A stretch of DNA of 45,649 nucleotides, taken from positions 1-45,649 of the forward strand of contig JBHLPW010000044.1 in NCBI GenBank assembly GCA_048939015.1, given 5' to 3'. The stretch is from Promethearchaeota archaeon (GTDB lineage Archaea; Asgardarchaeota; Lokiarchaeia; Sigyniarchaeales; SOKP01). A program made the position numbers and the translations under genes. How positions within the stretch are numbered: the stretch's first letter is position 1; the number at the start of each line of letters is the position of its first letter. Positions 1-10,600 of the stretch are shown here, one piece after another. The notes beneath the pieces are model-generated. The model saw nothing but the letters and a program-made list of their open reading frames with translations, had not been told where the DNA came from and made no database searches.

Positions 1-3000
1 ATTTTTGTACTCACTGCCTAAATGTAGTGGAAAAGTGATTAAATTACTATCCCAGTTAATACCATATCCTTGTTCACCACCCCCATAACTTTGACCCCGC
101 CCCCCGTAAAGTTGAGGAATTTCATATCGGATTATCGGATGCCAAGTATTATCTCCTCTAAACCAAGCCGTAGATTCCTTTGGAATTGGAGTACCTGATA
201 CATAGTAATCAGATAGATTTGTATTTGAAAAACTGTATCCTATGTATTTATTATCCATAAAAACGTTAAATTGCAGAGGATCTGGATTTATGAATTCAAA
301 TAAAGAATTATTTTTATTATACCATTGAGTTGTATTTACAAATTCACCATCTGAAATATGAAACCTAAATGATTGATTTGAAATTTCACCTAATAATAAA
401 GATCTCATAAAATAAATGCCTCGATCTCCAATATGGTTAGAACTGGCATTCCAATCTCCAAAAATATTGTACATGGTATAATTCTCATTATCCATTTCTA
501 AGAAGATAAACTCAGGATAATTATTATCTGGGTCAAAATACTCACAAGAAAATGTATATTTCTGATACTTCGAATCTTGGAATGAGGAAATGTCAGTATT
601 AATATCAAAGAAAATTGACGGACTATTTCTATTAGTATAATTCTCTATAGCAAAATAATCTAAAATAAAACCTTTATAATTTTGTGAATCCGAAGTATCA
701 TCTAGATTAGACTCAAATCTAAATTGAATAAAATTTCCAATATATTGAGTTAAATTTATTTCCTCCAAAAACCATTCATCTTCAGTATCTGTAAACGTTC
801 TTAAAGTTGTCCAACCAGTCCAATTTAGATTAATTTGTAAATAAATATAGTCTCCATCATTAATACTCGTTCTTAATCCAAACTTTACAAAAGGATTTGT
901 AGTATTTTCATTTAATACTGTTAGATTAAATAAAGGGCTGATTAAAGAACCATTAGGAAATGGATCTTCAATTAGATTTATAGGCTGATAAGTATAATTT
1001 CTTGGATAATCATGATATAATCCAAAATATAGAGAATTCCATGAGTTCTCATAAACCCTTAATCTATTATCAATATTATTACTCTGTTGAAGAATATTCC
1101 ACCCTGTCCCCGTATAACTCCAATTACCAATTCCTTGATTAAAACTATATCGATGTGGAAACTGAATACTGTCTGTGGGGAATTCTATTGTAATATTTAG
1201 ATATCCAATTTCTGGATATAATACCGTAAAGTTTCCATCACTAGCAATGAATAAATAGTGATATAATCCAGCTTTAGGAAATTGGAGATAATCACTTATA
1301 AATAACGTGCCATCCGTATAATTGTTATCTGGTTCGTAATATTGAGTTAAAGTGTAGTTTTTGGAAGTTTCAATAATGGATACATATACTTCTTGTGGAG
1401 GAACATTAGAAGAATCATTGTCATAGTATTCAATATAAAATCTATAACTGTCGATACTGTAGTTCTTTTTTGGTTCAAAACCCATAAACTCTTGAAGACT
1501 TAATATTGTGGTATTTCTAGAACCTCCAAAATAATTTATTTCAGGTACTTTCAATTCAGGTTCGAAATAATTATCCACTGGGGAAATATTTAAGCTAAAA
1601 TCACTAGTTCCATTAATTGCTTTAATAACTAAGATACAATTAGTTTGATTGTCCTTTGGAGTAAAGAAGATGTTATCAAAATCACCATACCATTTTCTTG
1701 ATGATGCTAATAAAATTGGTTCTCCATATTGATTTGACTCATTAGAAAAAAGAAACATATCAAAATTAGGAGTTGATTTTTTTATAGATAAACTAAAATT
1801 GTATTGCTTATTCTCAATCAACTTAACCTGTCGAGCAAATACATGAGTTCCTAAAGGATTTTCTCGTGAACTAGATAAAATTCCGTTAATTGAAGTATTA
1901 ACTCCAATAAGTTTCGTTAAAGCATCAATTGCAGCTTGGATGTTTACTCTACCATAACCTTCATGAATATCCTTTAAACCAACTGTCAACGGTGAAAGAG
2001 ATAAAGAAGGAGAGTAGTCACTTTCATCAATTGTGGTAGTTGGGTCATCCTCTCTGTTAAGATTAGTTTCTGAAGCAGTCATTAAAAGATAAGCCTTCAT
2101 ATGTTTTACCCATTTTGTTAAATTTAGATTATTCCATTGATTCCAATTATTCCATCTTGCTTCTATTAAGAGGTTGATTGAAGCTGAGATTATTGCTGCT
2201 GATATTGAGGTTCCATAAGAGGAAGTAGCTTTATCATCTTCCCTATCAGCTGCTATTATTGAACGTGAATTAGGAATTTTGCTTCCACCTGGAGCGACAA
2301 TATCCGGTTTAACTAAACCATCAATTTCCTTTCCCATACTACTATAAGAGGTGATTTGATCTTTATCATTAATAGCTCCTACAATTATAGCATTTTTATT
2401 TTCAGCTAATTTATTGAGTGCGTCTGAATGTTCTATCCCAGAATTCCCAGCAGCAATTACGACAATTATACCATTTTCAATTACTTCATCTATTACAGTA
2501 TTTACGGCTTTAATATCATTACCTAAAGTACCAACGCTTAGACAAACACTCACTATATGATGTTTACTTCTGTTTTGTATAACACTTGAGAAAGCGGATA
2601 TTAAATTTGATGTATATCCCATTCCAGATTGATTTAGAATTTTATACGCAACAATTCTTGTCGCATTTGCTATGCCAGTGAAGTGCGTTCTATTTTCAAT
2701 AAAAGATTCTGGGAAATATGATATTTTTGTATTAAATGAAAAAGCTGGAATAGTTTGAAGTTGTTTATGATATGTAAGATATAAATCATAAATCCCTAAT
2801 GTGTTTTGGGTAAGTGTATAGTTAATGATGTTAAAAACATTAACAGATAAATTACCAGAAGATTTAACTAGTGTATTATTTTTATATAATTCGAACCAAA
2901 ATCCATCTATACCAGCAACTTCTAAATTCCATGAGGAATTAACTAAAATTTCCGAATTAATTCTTGTAGTATTAAAAGAGAATAGTTTTAATGAATAATT

Positions 3001-3696
3001 TTTAGGAATAGAATATTCATCGAATAATTCAGTATGAGAATAATTACCTTTAATATCGATTTCTGAAGGTAAATTTGAATCAAACGGATCAATGCCAGTC
3101 CCTGATATAATTGAAGATATTAAAGTCCCATGGCCATTGTCATCCGATATTGGCTGACTATCGACATAATTTTCCCAAGCAATAATTTTACTGTCAAGAA
3201 AATTGTGATTAGGATTAACTCCAGTGTCTAATACTGCTACTGAGCAATTAGTATCACCTTTTAGTCCATTTAAATACCATGTATTATTAATAGCTCCAGA
3301 TTGCATTGATGCATAATTCAATTGGGCATCTAAAATCTCATCATTTTCTATATTAGCTTCAGGGAATTCACTTTGAAACATAGTAAGATTTATTTTTAGA
3401 GGCATATAACCTGCAAATCCAGAAATTGAGGCAAAAGTGTTATTCCATTCCTCTTTTATTGTACCCCCATAGGACTCAAAACGATTTTTGACCAAAAACC
3501 TATAGGAAGATGAGTTAAAGAAAACAATTACATTCTTCTGATATTGATCTGATTTTTTTAGATTCGATTCATCAAACTCATTTTCTAGTAAGTCAATTGG
3601 GTTATTGCTTGAGTTAATGTCACTAAAGAATAGAACAGAAGTTGATATAAATAGGATTATCAAGATCGAAAAGATTTTTTTTTGATTTCTTTTCAT
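1..3696 (-). CDS. Secreted multidomain S8 (subtilisin-like) serine peptidase, partial (3' end beyond left edge)
   Basis: Not in the ORF track; translated by hand from ATG at 3696-3694 (MKRNQKKSFSILIILFISTSVLFF, signal-peptide-like) and appears open to base 1. Catalytic motifs: VAVLDTG (Asp 3228-3226), DDNGHGT (His 3132-3130), IAAGNSG (oxyanion Asn), VKPDIVAPG, YGTSISAA (Ser 2208-2206). C-terminal beta-rich Ig-like and MAM/jelly-roll-like domains with many N-x-S/T sequons. Confidence 0.92.
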   Translation of the reverse strand, partial: MKRNQKKIFSILIILFISTSVLFFSDINSSNNPIDLLENEFDESNLKKSDQYQKNVIVFFNSSSYRFLVKNRFESYGGTIKEEWNNTFASISGFAGYMPLKINLTMFQSEFPEANIENDEILDAQLNYASMQSGAINNTWYLNGLKGDTNCSVAVLDTGVNPNHNFLDSKIIAWENYVDSQPISDDNGHGTLISSIISGTGIDPFDSNLPSEIDIKGNYSHTELFDEYSIPKNYSLKLFSFNTTRINSEILVNSSWNLEVAGIDGFWFELYKNNTLVKSSGNLSVNVFNIINYTLTQNTLGIYDLYLTYHKQLQTIPAFSFNTKISYFPESFIENRTHFTGIANATRIVAYKILNQSGMGYTSNLISAFSSVIQNRSKHHIVSVCLSVGTLGNDIKAVNTVIDEVIENGIIVVIAAGNSGIEHSDALNKLAENKNAIIVGAINDKDQITSYSSMGKEIDGLVKPDIVAPGGSKIPNSRSIIAADREDDKATSSYGTSISAAIISASINLLIEARWNNWNQWNNLNLTKWVKHMKAYLLMTASETNLNREDDPTTTIDESDYSPSLSLSPLTVGLKDIHEGYGRVNIQAAIDALTKLIGVNTSINGILSSSRENPLGTHVFARQVKLIENKQYNFSLSIKKSTPNFDMFLFSNESNQYGEPILLASSRKWYGDFDNIFFTPKDNQTNCILVIKAINGTSDFSLNISPVDNYFEPELKVPEINYFGGSRNTTILSLQEFMGFEPKKNYSIDSYRFYIEYYDNDSSNVPPQEVYVSIIETSKNYTLTQYYEPDNNYTDGTLFISDYLQFPKAGLYHYLFIASDGNFTVLYPEIGYLNITIEFPTDSIQFPHRYSFNQGIGNWSYTGTGWNILQQSNNIDNRLRVYENSWNSLYFGLYHDYPRNYTYQPINLIEDPFPNGSLISPLFNLTVLNENTTNPFVKFGLRTSINDGDYIYLQINLNWTGWTTLRTFTDTEDEWFLEEINLTQYIGNFIQFRFESNLDDTSDSQNYKGFILDYFAIENYTNRNSPSIFFDINTDISSFQDSKYQKYTFSCEYFDPDNNYPEFIFLEMDNENYTMYNIFGDWNASSNHIGDRGIYFMRSLLLGEISNQSFRFHISDGEFVNTTQWYNKNNSLFEFINPDPLQFNVFMDNKYIGYSFSNTNLSDYYVSGTPIPKESTAWFRGDNTWHPIIRYEIPQLYGGRGQSYGGGEQGYGINWDSNLITFPLHLGSEYKN

Positions 3697-6600
3697 CAAT
3701 TATCACCCAAATCGTCCGTATTTAATGAATTATTAATATATTCATAATCAATATTAGTTCCTTTAGATTTCTCTAATAAATTGTGCAATCTTTCTCTTAA
3801 TGTATGTTCTATTTTCAAGATTGTATCCCTTGAGCTAAGTTTAAAAATTGATATTTCAGATCTCTGAAATTCGACTTTTCTCATTTTGTATCTTCTAATT
3901 CGCCATAGATAAATAACCGAAATACCAATAGCAATTAATATTGGTAAAGCTACATAAGAAAATTGCCTAATTTTAGGAGTAATAATCTTAATAAAAACAA
4001 TATTCGAACTATAATCAATTTCACGAAAGTAGTAAAATTTTATTACTGCAGGTTTTAAATTTACAATAGATTGCCTTTTTGCCTTTAAAGTATAATTAAG
4101 AGTTATACTTTCACCAGGATCTAATGAATTAATAAAGTAGATTAACTTACCATCTATTAATGAAAAATCTGACTGGGAATAACTAATTATATCATTAATT
4201 ACCACGTTTCCAGTATTAATTGTTCCTGTATTTTCAACTTCGATATATACAACAATAGTATCTCCAACTTCAATTTGTTCTCTATTCACATGTTTAACAA
4301 TTGAAAAATTAACAATTCCTAATATGATGGATGAAGAACTACAAATTTGTAATGTTCTACCCTCTGAACTCTCAAAATAATTAATAGGAGGATAATAATA
4401 TCCTTTCCAGCCATACTTTTTTAAACTTAATGTAAAAGATTTAAATCCATTATATGTGATATTCTCTAATTGAATAGTATTATTTTCAATTCTCTTTAAA
4501 TCTCCAAACTGATCATTCATAGGGATATTGAGATCAGGGATAATAAACCCTTTTGGTCCTATATTCTTAATATTGACTGTCAGATTAAATATTTCTCCTA
4601 TTGTGGGCGTAATTTCATTACTACTTAAATTTATCTTAATTAACCTAACAAAGGGGAAAAACTGATTATAATCTACCGGTGCAGAACAATAGACTTCATT
4701 AGTGAAACTGATAATTTTGGAGGAATTTCCACCTTCTATATTCTTTGGATTATTATATGAAATTGAAATTGTATTTATTGAAATCGAATTGGGGACGAAA
4801 AATGTAAAATTAAGAGTTTTTTCTTCAAAAGGAGCTAACTTTGCAAGATAATAAGTTAAATTACTATTTTGAATTGTGAAATTGGAAAGATTATCAATTA
4901 TACCAGGCACTAATATTGAAATACTTACATTTTGAGCAATACTAGAACCAATATTCTTAAAACTAAGAGTATATTTATTTAATTCTCCAGGTTTAGAAGT
5001 ATAGTTTGCCAAACTTGAAGTAGCTATTATTGATGCTGCATTATAAGTACTGAGAGGAATTGAATTAGAATATCTTTCAAATTGAACATTTCCAGATGAA
5101 GAACTATAAACAATTCTGGATCCTGGATCTTGATTAAAATTGATGTCTCTTGTGGAAAATTCAATGTCCAAATTATTAATTGAAATATTGAAAGGATCTG
5201 AATCAAGACAATCTATTTTAAATAGAGATGTATAATCCTCTTTATCTAATGGATAAAAAAGCCAATCAATACTTTTATTCATATTGACAATTGAGAAAGT
5301 CCTAGTATTGTTTATAATAGAGACTAAATAAGGATCTAAAGATTGAAACTCTTCATCATCAAAATCAAAAATTTCAAAATTTATAGATTCAATGTCATCA
5401 GATACATTAAAATCTATTATTAAAGATACACTTTCTAAGGTATTGTTAGTTAAATCAATATTTGTTTCATTTCTAAAAATGAAATCGATTTCAATTTTTT
5501 GGTCGATGAATTCTTCTTCTGATCCAATAACCCAGCTATAATTATCATCTGTTAAAGCCATTTCTGGTATTGTTCCAGAAAGTTGATTACCTGAGATAAC
5601 TTCAGGGGTTTCTGGAGTTATATCAATAGAAAAGTTATTTCGATAAAAAGGAGAGAAAGTATCTAAATTTGATATTGAATAATTCTCAATTTGATAAGAT
5701 ATGGTCCCACCAGGATCTAACCTCCAATTATCATCATTCCAGATACTATTTTCATTCATTAAAAATTCTTTTACTGTATTAGGAGGTAAGGTAAAATAAA
5801 ATGGACTTTCACTGTAAACAATATCAATAATATCATCTACATCTTCATTATAAGGCCACAAATTTGTAATATTAAAAAGATCAGGATAATAATAATCATA
5901 GATCCCTGTTCCAAAGGAATCGAAATAAAAAATACGTGGATCTTCATCAAAATTGAAAAAATCTTCGAGAGAATCATATTGATTTGGATATTCAATTTTA
6001 ATAACATCCCACATATCATTCTTAAGATTTTCCCATGAAAAAGGACTTATTATTTGGAAGAAATAATCAAGTTCTATATCTATAGGTGTTGGTACACCCC
6101 ACACAGTCTTAGCTCCAATATTTTTTGTAGAGATATAATATGTAAAATTCCGAAATGCTCCATATGAGGCATTTTCTTCGATTAAATCTTTTGTGAGTAG
6201 TAAGTTAGAATCTGAACCAGAAATATTGTATGTAATAATCAAATCTTCTATTGGATTTATTATACCTGTTGGAATATAAGAGAATAGCTGAATTCCAAAT
6301 TGCTGCAAAAAATTAATAATATCGGTTGTATCTTGTTCATTTATAGGTTTTACAAACGATTGTTTAATTCCTCCATCATCTATCCAATATAATTCAAAAG
6401 AATAATCCTGAAGGCTTTGTACGTCGAAATCGAAACCTGCATAGTAAAAAAGCAAATCAATCTGTTCTAATAAATAATCATAAAAATCATAATATTTAGG
6501 GGTAACATCAATAATATCTGTACATAAAATATTAATATTGATTTCACTCATTAAAGCTCCTGCTAATTCTATATAGATCTTTTCACTTGGGGCTAAATCA

Positions 6601-7631
6601 CTTCCTTGATAACCCATAGCATTCCATAAATTGAACTTATATTGTTTTAAACCAACCTTTTGAATTCCTTCACTTAATCCTTCATATTGAATTGAAATAC
6701 TTGTGTAATGTGAATTGTTACTTAGGGTGAATGAACTAAAAATGTCAATGAATTGTTCAAGTCCATCTTCTGAAGTTGTAAAATTATAAAAATCTCCGAG
6801 ACTCTCTAAAGTAGAATTTAATTGATCCATTAGATTTCCAATTTCGAGTTCTTGTAGGAATGATAAATCAATAGAATCAATATTAAAATTAACTTGATCG
6901 GTTGAGATATTGAAATCTCCCTCAAAAAAATCTATAGAATTTAAAAGCAAAAATGTTGAGGAAATATGATAATTATTCAAATAATCTTGGCTAGTCAAGC
7001 GATTAATATCTAATGCTTTCCAATAACCATCTAAAGGAAAATTAATAGTTAGTTCATTAAGGAAACAATTCCAATTTGGACAAGAACCTATAAAAGGGAA
7101 AAAATTTGGTTCTGAAACATTTACCATGATAAGATCAATCATAAATTTTCTTCTAATTATTTCAAGTGCTCTTTCTGCTCTTAAAGAAGCATCCTCATTA
7201 TCCAGATCTTTATCATAATAGAGAAATCCTACAAAATTGTTGAAACCAACAATATATTGAGAAGGTATCTGACTCTCTGTCAGAATAGTCGGAAAAATAT
7301 CTGGGTTAATCCCATTAGTAGCACTCATAATTACGTTACATTTATAAAACGCTGGATCATTTGAATCAAATTGGGAAAGAATATTTGTATCGTTTGTGAA
7401 AAGTGACTGTTTTATTATAGATTTATTACCTGCAACAAAAGCGTCTATTGTTTCAGCATAAAGATCTGAACCTGCAATATCAGAAGTCTTTAAATAATTC
7501 TCATTAAAACTAGATGTTTGATCTTGTTCTTTGAATATTAGTTTGTTATTTGTATATAAAACTGAAACCATAGATGTAAGAAGAACGATTATAATTATGA
7601 TATTTACTAAACAAATTTTCTTAACTTTTAT
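3696..7631 (-). CDS. Large membrane-anchored surface glycoprotein with DUF11/BatD/COG1361-like Ig domains
   Basis: ORF track 3696..7571. The frame extends upstream to ATA at 7631, adding a signal-like segment (IKVKKICLVNIIIIIVLLTSM). Repeated 'T/S-x-K-N-I-G' and 'L-x-P-G-E' beta-sandwich motifs, one C-terminal TM helix (YVALPILIAIGISVIYLW) followed by a basic tail. Stop TGA overlaps the subtilase ATG (TGATG). Confidence 0.8.
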   Translation of the reverse strand: MKVKKICLVNIIIIIVLLTSMVSVLYTNNKLIFKEQDQTSSFNENYLKTSDIAGSDLYAETIDAFVAGNKSIIKQSLFTNDTNILSQFDSNDPAFYKCNVIMSATNGINPDIFPTILTESQIPSQYIVGFNNFVGFLYYDKDLDNEDASLRAERALEIIRRKFMIDLIMVNVSEPNFFPFIGSCPNWNCFLNELTINFPLDGYWKALDINRLTSQDYLNNYHISSTFLLLNSIDFFEGDFNISTDQVNFNIDSIDLSFLQELEIGNLMDQLNSTLESLGDFYNFTTSEDGLEQFIDIFSSFTLSNNSHYTSISIQYEGLSEGIQKVGLKQYKFNLWNAMGYQGSDLAPSEKIYIELAGALMSEININILCTDIIDVTPKYYDFYDYLLEQIDLLFYYAGFDFDVQSLQDYSFELYWIDDGGIKQSFVKPINEQDTTDIINFLQQFGIQLFSYIPTGIINPIEDLIITYNISGSDSNLLLTKDLIEENASYGAFRNFTYYISTKNIGAKTVWGVPTPIDIELDYFFQIISPFSWENLKNDMWDVIKIEYPNQYDSLEDFFNFDEDPRIFYFDSFGTGIYDYYYPDLFNITNLWPYNEDVDDIIDIVYSESPFYFTLPPNTVKEFLMNENSIWNDDNWRLDPGGTISYQIENYSISNLDTFSPFYRNNFSIDITPETPEVISGNQLSGTIPEMALTDDNYSWVIGSEEEFIDQKIEIDFIFRNETNIDLTNNTLESVSLIIDFNVSDDIESINFEIFDFDDEEFQSLDPYLVSIINNTRTFSIVNMNKSIDWLFYPLDKEDYTSLFKIDCLDSDPFNISINNLDIEFSTRDINFNQDPGSRIVYSSSSGNVQFERYSNSIPLSTYNAASIIATSSLANYTSKPGELNKYTLSFKNIGSSIAQNVSISILVPGIIDNLSNFTIQNSNLTYYLAKLAPFEEKTLNFTFFVPNSISINTISISYNNPKNIEGGNSSKIISFTNEVYCSAPVDYNQFFPFVRLIKINLSSNEITPTIGEIFNLTVNIKNIGPKGFIIPDLNIPMNDQFGDLKRIENNTIQLENITYNGFKSFTLSLKKYGWKGYYYPPINYFESSEGRTLQICSSSSIILGIVNFSIVKHVNREQIEVGDTIVVYIEVENTGTINTGNVVINDIISYSQSDFSLIDGKLIYFINSLDPGESITLNYTLKAKRQSIVNLKPAVIKFYYFREIDYSSNIVFIKIITPKIRQFSYVALPILIAIGISVIYLWRIRRYKMRKVEFQRSEISIFKLSSRDTILKIEHTLRERLHNLLEKSKGTNIDYEYINNSLNTDDLGDN

Positions 7632-7636
7632 TTCTC

Positions 7637-7646
7637 TTACCTCCTT
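7637..7646 (-). promoter_or_regulatory. Strong Shine-Dalgarno sequence (AAGGAGGTAA)
   Basis: Reverse complement reads TAAGGAGGTAAGAGAAATAAAA. GGAGGT lies 7 nt upstream of the in-frame ATA at 7631, and the SD overlaps the permease stop codon. Confidence 0.7.
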
Positions 7647-10600
7647 ATGCGGTTTCTCTATATATTTCTACAATTTTTTGTTTTCTGGCTTTTCTTAAAA
7701 GAATTTTCATACCTAGAAAAATCATTATAAAAGAAAGCAAATAGATAAGTATAATATTAAACCAAGGCACATATAACACGTTTGGCATACCTACCAAGGT
7801 ACCCAACAAATTCCAAGAAACTAACCAACTTGTTGACCATCCTATGACAATCCCTATTGTTCCACTAGCTAGCATAATTATTAGGGATTCAACAATAAAT
7901 AAACGGTTAATATCTCTTCCTTTTAAACCTAAAGTTCGAACAATACCGATCTCCTTCTTTCTTTCAATAATTGTCGAATATGATGAAGAAAGAAGTCCAA
8001 AAATGCAAATAAATACGGTTGTAAGTGCTATTAATGTAAAAAGGGTATCTAATACAGAAAATGCGGATTCTTGTTGTGCAACCATTCTTGCTAAGTTAGA
8101 TATTTCATAATTATAATCAGATTGATAATATTCATCGATTAATTCTTCTATATTATGAGCCTCTGATAATTTATCATTTCGAAGTTTAATGAAAATTCTA
8201 TCCAAGTAGGGGACTGGTGGAATATCCATAATCTCAATATAGGTTTCTTGAGAAATTAACACTCCTCCTCTTGAAGCACCAAAGCTAGTTCCACTAAATT
8301 CCCGAGAAAATCCTGGCATGCTTTTCGCTGTTCCTGTTATTATAAAAGGATATACTTCTGATTCGTCTCCTCTCTGAATTATAATTCGAATTTTATCCCC
8401 AATTAGTAAAGACATAGCTAAAGCTATAGATTCTGAAATAATACATGTGTTTGATTGATTGTTATCGAATAAATCATTAAAAGATGTAACCAAATTTCCA
8501 GAAGTCATTTCTATGAATTCATTTCTCACAACAAATGGATATTCCTCGTCAATTCCTATCAAAGTTATTTCTTGTGTACTTAACCCGGCATAATCTCCAA
8601 TTTCTGCTAAAAATTCTTTATTTTGTTCAGCATAAATCTGAGTTAATTGAAAAGGTCTTGCCAGTACAGATGAAACTTTTTCAATTCCATCTATAGATAA
8701 TAAATCCTGTTCAAATTCCGATGTAATAATTTTATTTGGATTAATAGAATCGAGATAGTTTTGAGTAGTTAATGAATTTAAATTTATTTGCTGGGAACCT
8801 TCACTAGCAACCCTCATAAAACCACCACCAAATTCACCTCCGCCAAATCCACCTCCAAAACTGCTTTCAGGTTCTTCCCAACCAGTAGTTTCAATCAATA
8901 AATCTGCTCCATATCTTAATTTTGTTGAAGCACCAACTTGTGCTGATAAAGTATTAACTAAAGATGAAGTAAAAATCACAAATGAAAAAGATAGAGCAAA
9001 GATCATAACCGTACTCGAATTTCTACGTTGATATCGAAAAACGAAAATCTTAATAACATTATGCAATTTTCTTGAAATTGGTCTAAATAATACAATAAAT
9101 AATCTTAATATTGCGGGAATTAAACCCAGACCTGCAAGAGTTAACCCTATATTAAATATTAGTAAAATAGTTATCAAAGTACCTGCAAATAGAGTCATAT
9201 CTGCCGCAATCATAATTCTTGGAATAACATAAAACACAAATCCACCATTTAATGCTAAAATTAATCCTACAAAGATTAGTTTATAATTTACTGATGCTTT
9301 TTTCTGTAAGTGATATAATGTATCTTCGTGACGATATGGATGAATAGATTCAATAAGTTGAAGACGCATTACCTTTAGAGCAGGAGAAACACTAACTAAC
9401 ATCCCAACACTAATACCCATGATATATGAAATAATAACTGACCACCATGTAAACGAGAAAGGAATTGTACCAAAACTTAACAAACTTCGTGAGACAACAG
9501 TATTCGCAAAAGGTATTATTACATATCGTGACAAAATAAATGCTGTAATAATGCCAGAAATTGCCCCAAAATTACATAACAAGAATCCCTGCATCAAAAC
9601 GATCGCTAAGTTATACCTCTTATTCGCACCTAAAGTTCTGAATATACCAAATTCGCGAATTCTTTCTTCCACCGAAGTTTTTAATATTCCATTAATTAGA
9701 ACTCCTGAAATTAGCATTGCTACAATCGAGACAAACACAAACACAATAACTAACATTACACTAAGAAATTCTGCAAAAGATAACGCTCTTAATTTAGGTA
9801 AATCTAAACTGTATTCATTAATACCTATTGCTATTTGAATATCGTTAACAAGTTTCTTCACATCAATCGTAGATATTTCAAAATTTCGTATGTCATAGAG
9901 TTTACTCGATTCTTTAAAAGTCAAAATGAGGTCGCTGCATTTTCCCTTAAATTCCTCATATCCAAAAATCTGATATAAAGTATTAATATCTACAATAATT
10001 AAATTTTCATCACGATAATCTGCAGGCCATTTTAAATTGAAATCAAAAATTTTATCAATTATTAAATCTACCGTTTTGTTTATCGTTTTATCTCCATGAT
10101 TTAATTCCATAAATATTCTAATTGTATCTCCTTCAGAATATTTAATTATATCATTAAATCCATAATAGATAGCACAATGATTTGAAGGTAATTCCGTCAA
10201 ATCGAGTAATTCATTAAAGAATGGAGTTTTAAATACCCCGAAATTTATTGAATTTTCAAAAGAAAAATTAATACCTTGGATGGTACACCATTCTTTTTCA
10301 TCTAATAAATTTGTGGTATCAAAACCTTCAGAAAGATTAACATCACCAGTTAATTCCATTCTCGGTATATAATTTTCAATAATATCAGTTGAAGTTTGAA
10401 TTGTATCAATTAGAGGATCATATTCAAAATAAGAAGATCTATTGTTTGGTTCCTCATAATAGTGTCTAACAGAGATAACAGCATCTTGATTGCCTGCCTC
10501 AATAGTTAAATAATCTGCATAGCCCACAGCAATAGAATCTGACAAAAATAGAATCACAGTTAATAAGCCAATAGAGATTAACATCCCTATAATGGCTAAT

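Noticed and set aside
8815-8870. FG-nucleoporin-like repeats
   Set aside because: Only three units in an extracytoplasmic loop, so no nucleoporin relationship can be supported; kept only as a low-interest loop.
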